This document shows, one piece after another, positions 35,161 through 46,851 of a DNA stretch of 64,000 bases. The notes under the pieces were generated by a model that saw only the letters and a program-made list of their open reading frames with translations, had not been told where the DNA came from and did not search any database. Source of the stretch: Octopus sinensis (taxonomy: Eukaryota); NCBI RefSeq assembly GCF_006345805.1, contig NC_043004.1, positions 10,850,001-10,914,000 of the forward strand, given 5' to 3'. Both the position numbers and the translations under genes were made by a program. Numbering within the stretch: position 1 is the first letter of the stretch; each line of letters opens with the position of its first letter.

Positions 35161-36005
35161 ATTTCTTTATTGGTTACACAGGGATGAACACAGAGGGGAC
35201 AAAAAACCCAGTAGAGCTTTTCTTTTGGAGATGAACAAGAGAAAAAGTGGGTCGAATTTCGATCAAAAGGGATCGTGGAGAAAAAGAATGGCCGATCAAT
35301 AGGGATCGTGTATCACAGAAATGTCAATGATTCGATTAGATTTTTCCGTAGAAAGAAAAGCCTACAGAAAAGACCACGGTAACTTTGGGCAATAATGTCA
35401 TGCAAAAAACACATTACAGTAAGTGACTCTCTTTTTTCCTTCCTTTTTTTGGTTCACAGGATTATGCTGAAGCTGGTTCCATCATTCACACGTAGCATCC
35501 TTGCTACATTCACCCATCTTTTGTTGAAACATTCACTAGACAAAACGTCCCTCTCTACTCCCACCGTCCTCTTCAAATGATACTTGAAGAAGTTGATGAG
35601 AGATTGACCAGAGAGAAAAGTGTTTGTCTCTAGACCTTTCAGACGCATCCACCATGCACATTCTTTCGCCATAGCCATAAGTACGATGAAAATGGCTCTT
35701 CCATCCTGTTTCAAGGAGGGAGGCGTGACAATATTCACGATAGACTCGGTTGATAAACCGACTCGTCCCACACGCGTTAGCAGTCGTTCGATATAGGCCC
35801 ACAGGTCGGAAATGTTTGGACACTATACGAGTACGTGTAGGACGGTTTCGTCGCTCTGACTGCATCTCAGGCAGGTCAGTCCCGTGTTTCTCGAGCCATG
35901 CTTGTAGAGCTTATTTCGAACTGGTAGCGCTTCTCGATAGCACTGCCAGGCCAGGGATCTCTGGAAGTTGTCTATAGGTCCCGGCCCTACAATATGGCCA
36001 TCCAC
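35161..36005 (-). mobile_element. 3' end of an L1/Tx1-clade LINE (ORF2 C-terminus + 3' UTR)
   Basis: FQRSLAWQCYREALPVRNKLYKHG...TCLRCSQSDETVLHVL (zinc-knuckle region), ORF 35454-35771 C-terminus, UTR ending TGTCCCCTCTGTGTTCATCCCTGTGTAACCAATAAAGAAAT. Confidence 0.8.
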
Positions 36006-36972
36006 CTGATTGATGAAATTAAAATGTAGTTATTTAAGAAAACGTTAACGAAACATTTTCTTACCTTCTAGAGACAGCTAATTACATACTTTATTCGCAA
36101 ACTTTACATTTTATATCCGCAATATGAGTTATCCGTTAATATAATATTGTATACCAAATTGGGTGTCATTCTTTACTATCAAGGCAATACGATACTGCTA
36201 GTTTACATTCGAAATATTATCACTAGAACTTCATTTATACATAAAAACACATTTTCTTACCTTTTGCCCGGCTAAGGGATAAAATTTACCCCAAACCCGG
36301 CATAACTAAATGTTGCTATTCCTTACACCAGTTTACCGTTAAAAATTCCCCGACTATTGTGAAGATGGGTATTTACTATCTCAAAATTCCAAAGTAGTAC
36401 TTATACATTTCTTAACATTTATATTCTTATTGAATTACAGAGAAATGTCCTAACCAAATTATTTGTTATACTGCGTGCCACATTCAATAAAATAAATTAG
36501 TTTTGTGTGACTTGATGGTTTAATGAGCGTTGCAAATTATGTTTTCTATGATCAGCTGCAAAATGAAATATTACTTTCCCATTGAGCCGTTCTCTACCGA
36601 CTGCTTCTTACTTCGTCAAAATATTGATGCTCTGCAAGACAGCAATAGGCTACATAATGCAATCGGTAAATCGGAGCACGTTTATGGACATGGGGTGGGT
36701 TTAGTGTGCTTAGAGGAGGATTACGGAAATACTCCATCACATGAAACTTGCAGACACAAGGTAAAACTTTAACTAAGTAACCTGGAAAGATATTTAATTC
36801 TTCTATAAAAATTCAGTATTAAGATTTTGTTAATATAAAAATATATACACTCTACTCTCTTTCTTTGCGATCATTTTCCACACTTCCCTCCTATATATAT
36901 ATATATATATATATAATATACACACGCATAAACACATGTATACATGCCTATCTATAATATATATATATATAT

Positions 36973-37006
<34 letters not shown>

Positions 37007-37019
37007 ATGTATATATATG

Positions 37020-37068
<49 letters not shown>

Positions 37069-37069
37069 G

Positions 37070-37108
<39 letters not shown>

Positions 37109-37111
37109 TAT

Positions 37112-37154
<43 letters not shown>

Positions 37155-37626
37155 CAGACATACATATATATATATACACATACATATATATATATATATA
37201 TACACAAACACTCACGCATACACAAACATATATATGCATATCTAGTATATGTGCATATATATACACAACACACACATATATATATATATGTTTATATATG
37301 TATATATATATGTACATATAAAAATTTACATAAATATATATATAAATATACGTACATATTTATACCTATACAAACAGAAACATTCTAACATGCGTCTGCG
37401 CGAGAATTGGTTTATCTATTTGTCCATGTGTGATCAGTGGAGCACATAGATACGTGCGTTGTATATGTATGTTATTCTTTGTGTGTGTATGTGTATCAAA
37501 ATCCAATATTAAATTTGAAAGACAATAATAACTTGACAGACATATAGTTGGGAATCTAAATTGAGTTATATTTAGATGTATATGTACAGGCATACAAAGA
37601 TATGTATGTATGTATATATATATATG

Positions 37627-37704
<78 letters not shown>

Positions 37705-38290
37705 TAGATATATATATACACAAACGTATATGGTTATATATGTAATTATTTCTACTCAACCAATATGTCACACACACATACACACATACCAAATATACAT
37801 GTGCACACATATATACATATATAGATATATATATATCACATAAATATGTACATATATGGATACATGTTGGTGTATGTATATACATAGGCGGATACACACA
37901 AAATCATATGGTTATAATATATATATATATATATATATATGTGTATGTATGTATGTATTTATGTATTTATGTATGTATGTATGTATATAATATTCAAAAT
38001 GCTCACTTAACAGTCTGTGCCTCTTGGCAGTACACACGAAACAGTTATATATTTGATTATTTAAGTTCGACTTTGAAATTATTCACAAAGACATATCTAA
38101 ACTGCCAAGCATAACATTGAAAACTGATAAAGTATTTTTTTTGCATATTACACTCATATTCATAAAAGTGTCAAGTTAGAGACGCTACAAGCAACTGTAG
38201 GGATGTATTTTATTTATTTATGGATATATGTATGATATTTTCCCAACGAATTTGCATCTATATTGAATGTCTTGGTGATTTCGTACGCAA

Positions 38291-38608
<318 letters not shown>

Positions 38609-38769
38609 TTGCCTACTTGCCTTCCTGTTTACATATCTGTCTGTCTATCTATATATGTGTCTATTTATATGTATGTACATATAATATAGATACACACACA
38701 CACGTATATATATATATGCATATTATATATAGATATATATATATATACACACCACACACATATAATATA

Positions 38770-38801
<32 letters not shown>

Positions 38802-38924
38802 TACATATATACATATATACACACAACAGATACATACATAAATACATACATAAATACATACATTCATACTTGTAGATATAAAAATATGACCGTTACACAC
38901 AATCAAGTAGAAATATGCACCATT

Positions 38925-39027
38925 ATATGTATGTATGCACGCATGCATGTATGTGCAAATTTGTATGTTTTATGTATGTATTCTCATGCATATAGTTGCA
39001 TATCTAGACATGCTCAGAAATATGCAC
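38925..39027 (-). mobile_element. Isolated Dong/R4 3' UTR fragment
   Basis: Minus strand GAGCATGTCTAGATATGCAACTATATGCATGAGAATACATACATAAAACATACAAATTTGC matches 44340-44400. Confidence 0.75.
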
Positions 39028-39631
39028 CAGCAATGACAAAAAAGTACTATGAAGACATTAAGGAATATTTCTCTAGGTTCCCCACGTAGATAACCAACAG
39101 CTGCAGACACATACTAAATTACTCTACTCTTCCTCCAGTCCAATGTCAAATAATCTCTGGTACATGGAGAACGTTTTGCATCTCAGCGCGTGTCTGGAGA
39201 TTAATTGTAATGACACCGTGTGGGTAAAGAGTGATATTTTAACATCACGAACACAATTATAGAGCCTTCTTTTCCATTTTCGTATATTTACACACACACA
39301 CATATACACATACACACACACACACATATATATATATACACACACACGCACATCACATATACTTGTTATTCTTTACGCTAAAATAGCATTTTGAGGTCTA
39401 CGTTGAAAGAGACTAAATACCTACTGTAATCGATTTCAGAGCATTTAAATCTTAGGGTGTCACAAATGGTGCTGCATTTAAATGACCAGGTCACTGACAA
39501 AAGAAGTAACATCCACATGTATAAATATGAATAACTATTTTATATGTGTCTAGGCAATGTGTATGTATATGGACATGTACACATACATATATGTATTTAC
39601 TTGCTTCGGAGTATACAAGACTATGTAAGTT

Positions 39632-39663
<32 letters not shown>

Positions 39664-39669
39664 ACAAAA

Positions 39670-39815
39670 TAAACAAAAGGTGAAGAGAGGTAGTGTAGAC
39701 AAGTTTAACGCTCGGGAAGTGAAAAGGTCTTTAATGTTTCGAGACTACGCTCTTCCATAGAAAGGAACACAGAATGATACAAGGAGATGAAATAATGAAT
39801 GTGTAGTGGCCAGCG
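39670..39815 (-). mobile_element. Penelope-type terminal-repeat fragment (family of 22112-22250)
   Basis: Minus CTTTCTATGGAAGAGCGTAGTCTCGAAACATTAAAG. Confidence 0.55.
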
Positions 39816-39828
39816 ATCTATCTATCTG

Positions 39829-39907
<79 letters not shown>

Positions 39908-40035
39908 CACTATATATATACACACGCATATATATATATGTATGTATATATACATATATAACGCTATGTGTCTCAATCTACATATGTATATATAATATAT
40001 ATATATATATATACTGACAAAAGAAGTAACATACA

Positions 40036-40183
40036 CTGACGCATGCGCGGAAGCAAGCTTCTTACCACACAGCCACAACTGTGCCTGGTGACAATTTCTA
40101 CACATACACACACACACACAAACAGACACATACACACACGCATGCACACAGAGTATAGTACGCAAGCGCAAGTCACTCCTGCG

Positions 40184-40189
<6 letters not shown>
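40036..40189 (-). repeat. SINE A head derivative split by a (GT)n-containing insert
   Basis: Minus GGCGCAGGAGTGACT-[insert]-GTGGCTGTGTGGTAAGAAGCTTGCTTCCGCGCATGC; inverted sister copy at 42123-42272. Confidence 0.7.
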
Positions 40190-40218
<29 letters not shown>

Positions 40219-40444
40219 TACGCAACTATATATATATATATGATTTATACTATTAATCTTTTGGAAGAGGTTATTGATTCCTATTTCCTCTCTTATAACT
40301 ATATATATATAAAGGAACTTAGCACGAAGCTTTTTTAAATACATAGAAACGAAATTTTTCAAAGAAACTATATATATGTATATATATGTGTGTGTGTGTG
40401 GCATACATTAAATATGTATATATATACATATATATATATAGATA

Positions 40445-40501
<57 letters not shown>

Positions 40502-40538
40502 ATATATGTATATAATATATATATATATATTATATTTA

Positions 40539-40592
<54 letters not shown>

Positions 40593-40998
40593 TATACAGT
40601 ATGTACATAAATGATACAGTGAATGACACCGCCATATGTTCTAAACAAATACCCAAGAGAGGGAAAGGGTTAGAATTTGGAATTGTAATGAAATGTATAA
40701 TATAGAATACTGATTGAAATAGAACGAAATTATCTGATCTAAAACTCACTACCGGTAACTCAATAGGAAAAGGTCAAGAAACATATTTCCAGTAGACGTG
40801 TCTGACTAAAGTTATTACCCAATAAATAGTGAAGCTCACCTCAACCTGAAGCCTTTAAAATGAACATTTTGGCACATGCAAAACGAAACGAATGGCTTAT
40901 GTACAATGCAACTGGTATGCCTATATATATATACATTTTACATTATTAGAGTATTTTATCCTAGCCTTATACTAAGTTGCGTACTATATATATATATA

Positions 40999-41280
40999 TT
41001 CACATGTGCTTCGGAGAACCTAATATACTCACTAACCTGCTCCGGGTGTCAAGAGCAGTACATAGGCCAAACAAAAAATGGTTTGCGTAAACGAATGGCC
41101 CTGCACAGATCCCAAAACAGAAAAATAGCTTTTAGCCAACACATAGATACTTGCGCCAACAAAAAAACACCAAACTTCAGAATTTTCCCCCTCTACCAAT
41201 TTAAGGACGATACAACCTCGAGACAAAGTAAGTAAAGAAAATCTCTTTATTACAAAATACAAGCCACTTCTTAACGGTTC
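40999..41280 (+). pseudogene. Penelope-like element GIY-YIG endonuclease remnant
   Basis: FTCASENLIYSLTCSGCQEQYIGQTKNGLRKRMALHRSQ...FSQHIDTCA: LIY...YIG core with the Cys/His residues typical of PLE endonucleases. Confidence 0.85.
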
Positions 41281-41429
41281 TAAGACAAACAATTAATATA
41301 CCTCAACTTTAGAATAAAAGAAAAAAATATATATACACACACAAATACTACACTCCATAGAATCCATTACTAATCAGCCCCTTCATAGCTATATTTACAC
41401 CCATTCATATTCTCCCTTCTCTGTTTTTT

Positions 41430-41650
41430 TTCTTCTTCTTCTTCCTCTTCTTCTTCATCATCATCGTTATCTCATCATCATCGGCGTCATCATCATCGCC
41501 ACCATCATCACCACCATCTTCTCCTTCTCCTCCTCTTCTTCTTCTCTTCTTCTTCTTCTTATCATCATCGTTATCATCATCATCACCACCATCACCATCA
41601 TCTTCTCCTTCTCCTTCTCCTTCTTCTTCTCTTCTTCTTCTTCTTCTCTC
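41430..41650. repeat. Compound (CTT)n/(CAT)n/(CAC)n array with a higher-order duplication
   Basis: Block CATCATCGTTATC..CACCACCATC..TTCTCCTTCTCC..CTTCTTC occurs twice. Confidence 0.85.
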
Positions 41651-42000
41651 CACCCCTACCCCTTAAGTTTGTCACTAATGTTTTTTAGTATAACACCTAC
41701 GCTAATTCTATAAACAAGCCTGTCAATATAAATATTCTCCTGAATTGAACTGAGACTGCCAGCCGCCACTGACCATTCAAAATACGACCATCAGGGCACT
41801 CCCAGATTCTCCCACCCCCCTTTCCTCACCAGCCTTCCCTCTACTACCCTACCAAGAACTCACAACTACCTCGAACACACAAGTGCAAACAAGGGAGTCA
41901 GAGAAAGGCAGAATTCCACTTAAATCTGAACACACTATAGAAATATTCTTTTAAAAAAAACTTTTCTTCTAATTTTTCTAAATTTAATTATTTAATCGTT

Positions 42001-42070
42001 ACAGTTGAAAAGGTCTCAAAATGACCGAAACGCGTACTGAAATGTTCACTATAAAATTTTATTTTAGCAT
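42001..42070 (+). mobile_element. Penelope terminal-repeat segment with degenerate hammerhead motif
   Basis: CAG-TTGAAAA-GGTC(tcaaaat)GACC-GAAA-CGCG-TA-CTG, ~720 bp downstream of the GIY-YIG remnant on the same strand. Confidence 0.55.
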
Positions 42071-42122
42071 TTTCTATTTTTTAATTGTTTTTTCATATAT
42101 ATATACTATATATATATATATA

Positions 42123-42272
42123 TATAGGCGCAGGAGTGGCTTGTGCTTGTGTACTATTTCCGTGTGTGCGTGTGTGTGTTTGTGTGTGTGTGTGTTTGGT
42201 GGGTGTGTAGAAATTGTCACCAGACACAGGCGTGGCTGTGTGGTAAGAAGCTTGCTTCCGCGCATGCATCAG
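42123..42272 (+). repeat. SINE A head derivative split by a (GT)n-containing insert
   Basis: Inverted sister of 40036-40189. Confidence 0.7.
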
Positions 42273-42432
42273 GTTGTTTGCTGAGTTGATTTTTGACGAG
42301 ACGGAGGGAATCTTTTGAGCTGCTTGGCAGCTCAAAAAATATGAGTACCGGTGTTCAACTGGTACTCATATTATCAACCCCTCCCTCGAAAAAAAAAAAT
42401 GAAAAGCAAAGTTGACCTCGATGGAATACTAC

Positions 42433-42771
42433 TACTCTTTTACTTGTTTCACTCATGTGACTGCGGCCATGCTGGAGTACCGCCTTTTGACGAGCAAATC
42501 GACCCCAAGATTATTCTTTGTATTCCTAGTACTTATGCTACCGGTCTCTTTTGCTGAACCACTAACTTACGGGGACGTAAACACACCACCCTCGGTTGTT
42601 GGGTGGGGGGACAAACACAGTCACACAAACATATACACACATACATATAAATATATATACATAAACTTATATACGACGAGCTTCTTTTCAGTTTCCGTCT
42701 ACCAAATCCACTCACAAGACTTTGGTCGGCCCGAGGCTATAGTAGAAGACACTTGCCCAACATGCCACGCA
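42433..42771 (-). mobile_element. SINE family A, 5'-truncated
   Basis: Tail, body, internal microsatellite ~42620-42672, CORE-like segment; tRNA head missing. Confidence 0.85.
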
Positions 42772-42780
42772 ATGATAATC

Positions 42781-42918
42781 CTTTCCGCTAAAAGCACAAG
42801 GCCTGAAATTCTGGGGAGTGGGGTAGTCGTTTACATCGACCCCAGTATTCAACTGGTATTCATTTCATCGCCGCTCTCCCTCCAAAAAACGATGAAAGTC
42901 AAGGTCGACCTCGGCGGA
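42781..42918 (-). mobile_element. SINE family B fragment with B2 tail
   Basis: Plus strand GCACAAGGCCTGAAATTCTGGGG...CATCGACCCCAGTATTCAACTGGTA...AAGGTCGACCTCGGCGGAAT. Confidence 0.7.
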
Positions 42919-43269
42919 ATACTAACTACTACTACTACTAATAAAATGGGAGAAACTCAGGCAGCTCATATCCTACGAAAAAATACCAACTATATAGTCT
43001 AATTATATAACTCCAAAAGAATCTTTTATCATATAGTATTAAAAAAAAATTTCTAAAAGTATATTTCTTACGAGCTCAAGGTAAGCAATTTAAACATAAA
43101 TCCGTTTCGGTGAATATGATTCTTCGTAAAAAAAAAAAAAGAAACAACAACCAGTAACAGTTCTTGTACATCCTAGACAAAATACTCACTTGAACTCATG
43201 AATGGCTGTCTCTTGAGGTCTTTGAGTGAGAATTAGTTTCAGCTCGTACAAGACACAAAGCAAATTCTA

Positions 43270-43491
43270 AACATCATCATCATCATCACCATCATCATCA
43301 TCAGCATCATCATCATCATCATCATCATCACCATCATTATCGTTGTCGCCATCATCATCATTATCATCATCGACATCACACTAACAGCAACAACGCCAGC
43401 AGCAGCAGCAGCAGCGGCAGCGGCAGCAGCGAGAACAATAATTACAACAGCACCAATAATAGTAAAAATACTACTACTACTACTACTACTG

Positions 43492-43539
<48 letters not shown>

Positions 43540-43648
43540 ATAATAATAATATAATAATAATAATAATAATATAATAATAATAATAATAATAATAACAATA
43601 ATAATTAATAATAATAATAATATAACAATAATAATAATAATAATAATA

Positions 43649-43693
<45 letters not shown>

Positions 43694-43797
43694 TAATAAT
43701 AATAATAATAATAACAATAATAATAATAATAATAAAAAAATAAATAATAATAATAATAACAATAATAATAATAATATAATAATAATAATAATAATAA

Positions 43798-43834
<37 letters not shown>

Positions 43835-43840
43835 TTATAA
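43270..43840. repeat. Long compound trinucleotide array (CAT)n-(CAG)n-(CTA)n-(TAA)n
   Basis: Direct reading; source of the poly-I/L/Y/S ORFs in the track. Confidence 0.95.
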
Positions 43841-43939
43841 TAGCAATCAACAACATGAGTGCTCATAACGTACTTAGACATGACAAATTACAAAAGCAAA
43901 CACATGTAGAAAAATCCATTCATACATAAATACATACAT

Positions 43940-44890
43940 GCAATATGGTAGAAGCCATAGCTACTCATATTAAACAGGAATACTGGTGGGATGTAGCAGT
44001 GAAGATCTCAATAGAATGTAAACACAACATACATGATATAATAATTTGGGATAGAGTTGAGAAACTGTGCACAGTTGTGGAAATTAGCTGACCAGCAGAT
44101 GTCAACATAAAGAGAATACCTATGCTGAACTATTAGCAAATCTGCAGATACTCTATCCAGATTACAAGTTCGGGTTTATACATGTAATCATTGGGGCCCT
44201 GGAATATGTAACACACTGACTAAATACTAATCTTGAGAAATTAGGAAGGAGAAAGCAAATTGAAGACTATAGATCCAATCCATCACTGGAACTGTAAAAA
44301 TCTGTAAAACTTTCCAGAAGTTTATCATTTAAATATGTACGAGCATGTGTAGATAGGCAACTATATGCATGAGAATACATACATAAAACATACAAATTTG
44401 CTCATACATATCTACATGCATGTGTGCATACATACATACAAATTTAAATATTCTGTCGATGTTGAATCAAATGAAGGAGCCTTGGTTAATGCTTAGAAAC
44501 CAACTCTTTCTCCTTGAAATGAAACTGAACCATGACATACATGCATACATACATACACACACATACATACATACATACATACATACATACATACATACAT
44601 ACATACAAACAAGCAAACAAAATACTCTGTTGTTGATGTTGAAATACCAATGAAGGAAAATTGGTTCTAGGTTCTAGGTTAGAAACCGGCTCTTTCTCTA
44701 TTGGCAAGAAAACTTCAAATAAAACTGAAGAATGACATATATACACACATACATACGTCCATACACACATACATACATACACGCATACATACAAACTTAC
44801 TACATACATACGTACGTACATACATACGTACGTACATACATACATACATACATACATACATACATACATACATACATACATACATACATA
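43940..44890 (+). mobile_element. 5'-truncated Dong/R4 copy with duplicated 3' module and (CATA)n tail
   Basis: EYWWDVAVKISIECKHNIHDIIIWDRVEKLCTVVEIS*PADVNI; LLANLQILYPDYKFGFI; GTVKICKTFQKF; module at ~44450-44540 and ~44620-44740. Confidence 0.85.
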
Positions 44891-45117
44891 CACTGACTTA
44901 CACAACCGCATTCAAGCGAATGCCAATATCTACGTACAGACATGTCAGCAAGTATATACTCATATCAAGAATACATTAATCAGACGCCACGAACACAGAT
45001 GTTTTTTAGAAGAATTTACTTCAGAACATGCCGTTGGTGGTCCTACTGTGCAACGTGGAGTCTCCAAGGTCGAAAACAGAGACGGTACAATCGACTATAC
45101 ATAGACGTGACACGATA

Positions 45118-45148
<31 letters not shown>

Positions 45149-45556
45149 ATATATATTATATATATATATATATTATATTATATTACATACACATACATAC
45201 TTACATACGCACACACACACAAAAAAAACATACATATATGCATATATATTATATATATATAAATATATATATATGTATGTATATAAAGAATGAGAAGTAT
45301 TCGCTCATTCGCTCGACTGGTTTTTCATTCAATTCACATGCGAAGTGATTGATATTTCAAGAACATAATATACAGTCGGCCAAATATATACGCACAAAAA
45401 TAAGGATATCTTTCTTTAGTCATTGCGCGGAGATCGCTTATAAGCTTTAAGCTTATAAACTACTATTATTATTATTATTATTATTATTTTTACAGAAATG
45501 TAGAGATCGACGCTGCTTAACAAAACCATCGCAGTGAAGGAATCTCTCTCTCTCTC

Positions 45557-45654
<98 letters not shown>

Positions 45655-46094
45655 TACAAAATATATTATAGATTCAGATGAATATGGTACTTCAGTTAAG
45701 GCACCAGAATTTTCTACAGTATTATACATACAATTTCAAAGTAAGGTGATTAAAATCAAAGTAAGCAACAAAGTTATCCAGAAGTAATGCAGTACGATCG
45801 TTTCATGCAACTCCATATAATTGAACAATGAAATCATTACATCAATTTAAAACGCGGAGCAATCTTCAGCTGCACAAAGACATAGAATTTAATTAAATTA
45901 GAACAGATGGACACATTAGTATAATTATACCTAAAATCTCCATGAAGTTAAGAAGATAGACAGAGAACATGCTGTCTCACTCCAGCATAAAGGTTACTAA
46001 GTTTTCAAGAAGATATACATTGATACAGACAATGAGGAAGGAGAGGAAAATGCATATGAAGGAGAAAAAAATGCATACATATCCTCTATTTGGG

Positions 46095-46442
46095 ACACCG
46101 CCTTGAATGGTTTTAGTCGAACAAATCTACCTCAGGTCATTAAATAAAAATGGTACTCATTCTATCGGTCCCTTTCGGCCAAAACGCTAGGTTATGTGGA
46201 CGTAAACACGCCATCATTGTTTGTCATGCTGTGATGGGAAAGAAAGACGTACATACATAGATACACACACACAAGTGATCACACACACATGTATATGACC
46301 GGCTCCTTTCAGTTCCACTCACAAGGATTTCATCGACTCAAGCCTATAGTAGAAGACACCTACCCAATGTGCCGCGCAAGGAAACTAATCACGGGACCAT
46401 GAGATTGGGAAGCAAGCTTCTTACCACACAGTCACGCTTGCA
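46095..46442 (-). mobile_element. Diverged SINE family A
   Basis: Minus head GTGACTGTGTGGTAAGAAGCTTGCTTCCC, internal microsatellite ~46248-46298, tail GGCGGTG. Confidence 0.75.
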
Positions 46443-46473
46443 TATACATACTTTACAAACATACATATATGTA

Positions 46474-46851
46474 GGCGCAGGAGTGGCAGTGTGGTAAGTA
46501 GCTTGCTTACAAACCACATGGTTCCTTGTTCTTTGCTACTGCGTGGCACCTTGGACAAGTGTTTTCTACAATAGCCTCGGATCGACCAAAGCCTTGTAAG
46601 TGGATTTGGTAGACGAAAACTGCATATGTACATTTATATATACGTGCGTATGTGTGTGTGTGTTTGTGTCCGTGTTTGTCACTTGACAACCGGTGCTGGT
46701 GTGTTTACGTCCCCGTAACTTAGCGGTTCGATAAAAGAGACTGATAGAATAAGTTCTAGGCTTACAAAGAATAAGTCCTGGAGTCGATTTGCTCGACTAA
46801 AGTCGGTGCTCTCGCATGGCCGCAGTCAAATAACTGAACCAAGTAAAAAAG
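46474..46851 (+). mobile_element. SINE family A
   Basis: Complete head, short internal microsatellite, tail. Confidence 0.9.

Noticed and set aside
36936-38114. Long YI/HT/CV-rich ORFs (e.g. 150 aa at 36936-37388) and the many similar ORFs across the window
   Set aside because: Stop-free translations of (TA)n, (CA)n and (TACA)n tracts; no coding signal.
41405-41653. Acidic/basic ORF (EEEGEGEGEDD...KKKKRRRR) resembling a nucleolar protein tail
   Set aside because: Fully explained by (CTT)n/(CAT)n repeats; no splice signals or non-repetitive flanking coding sequence.
43239-43881. Poly-L/I/Y/S/A/M ORFs on the minus strand
   Set aside because: Translations of the compound trinucleotide array.
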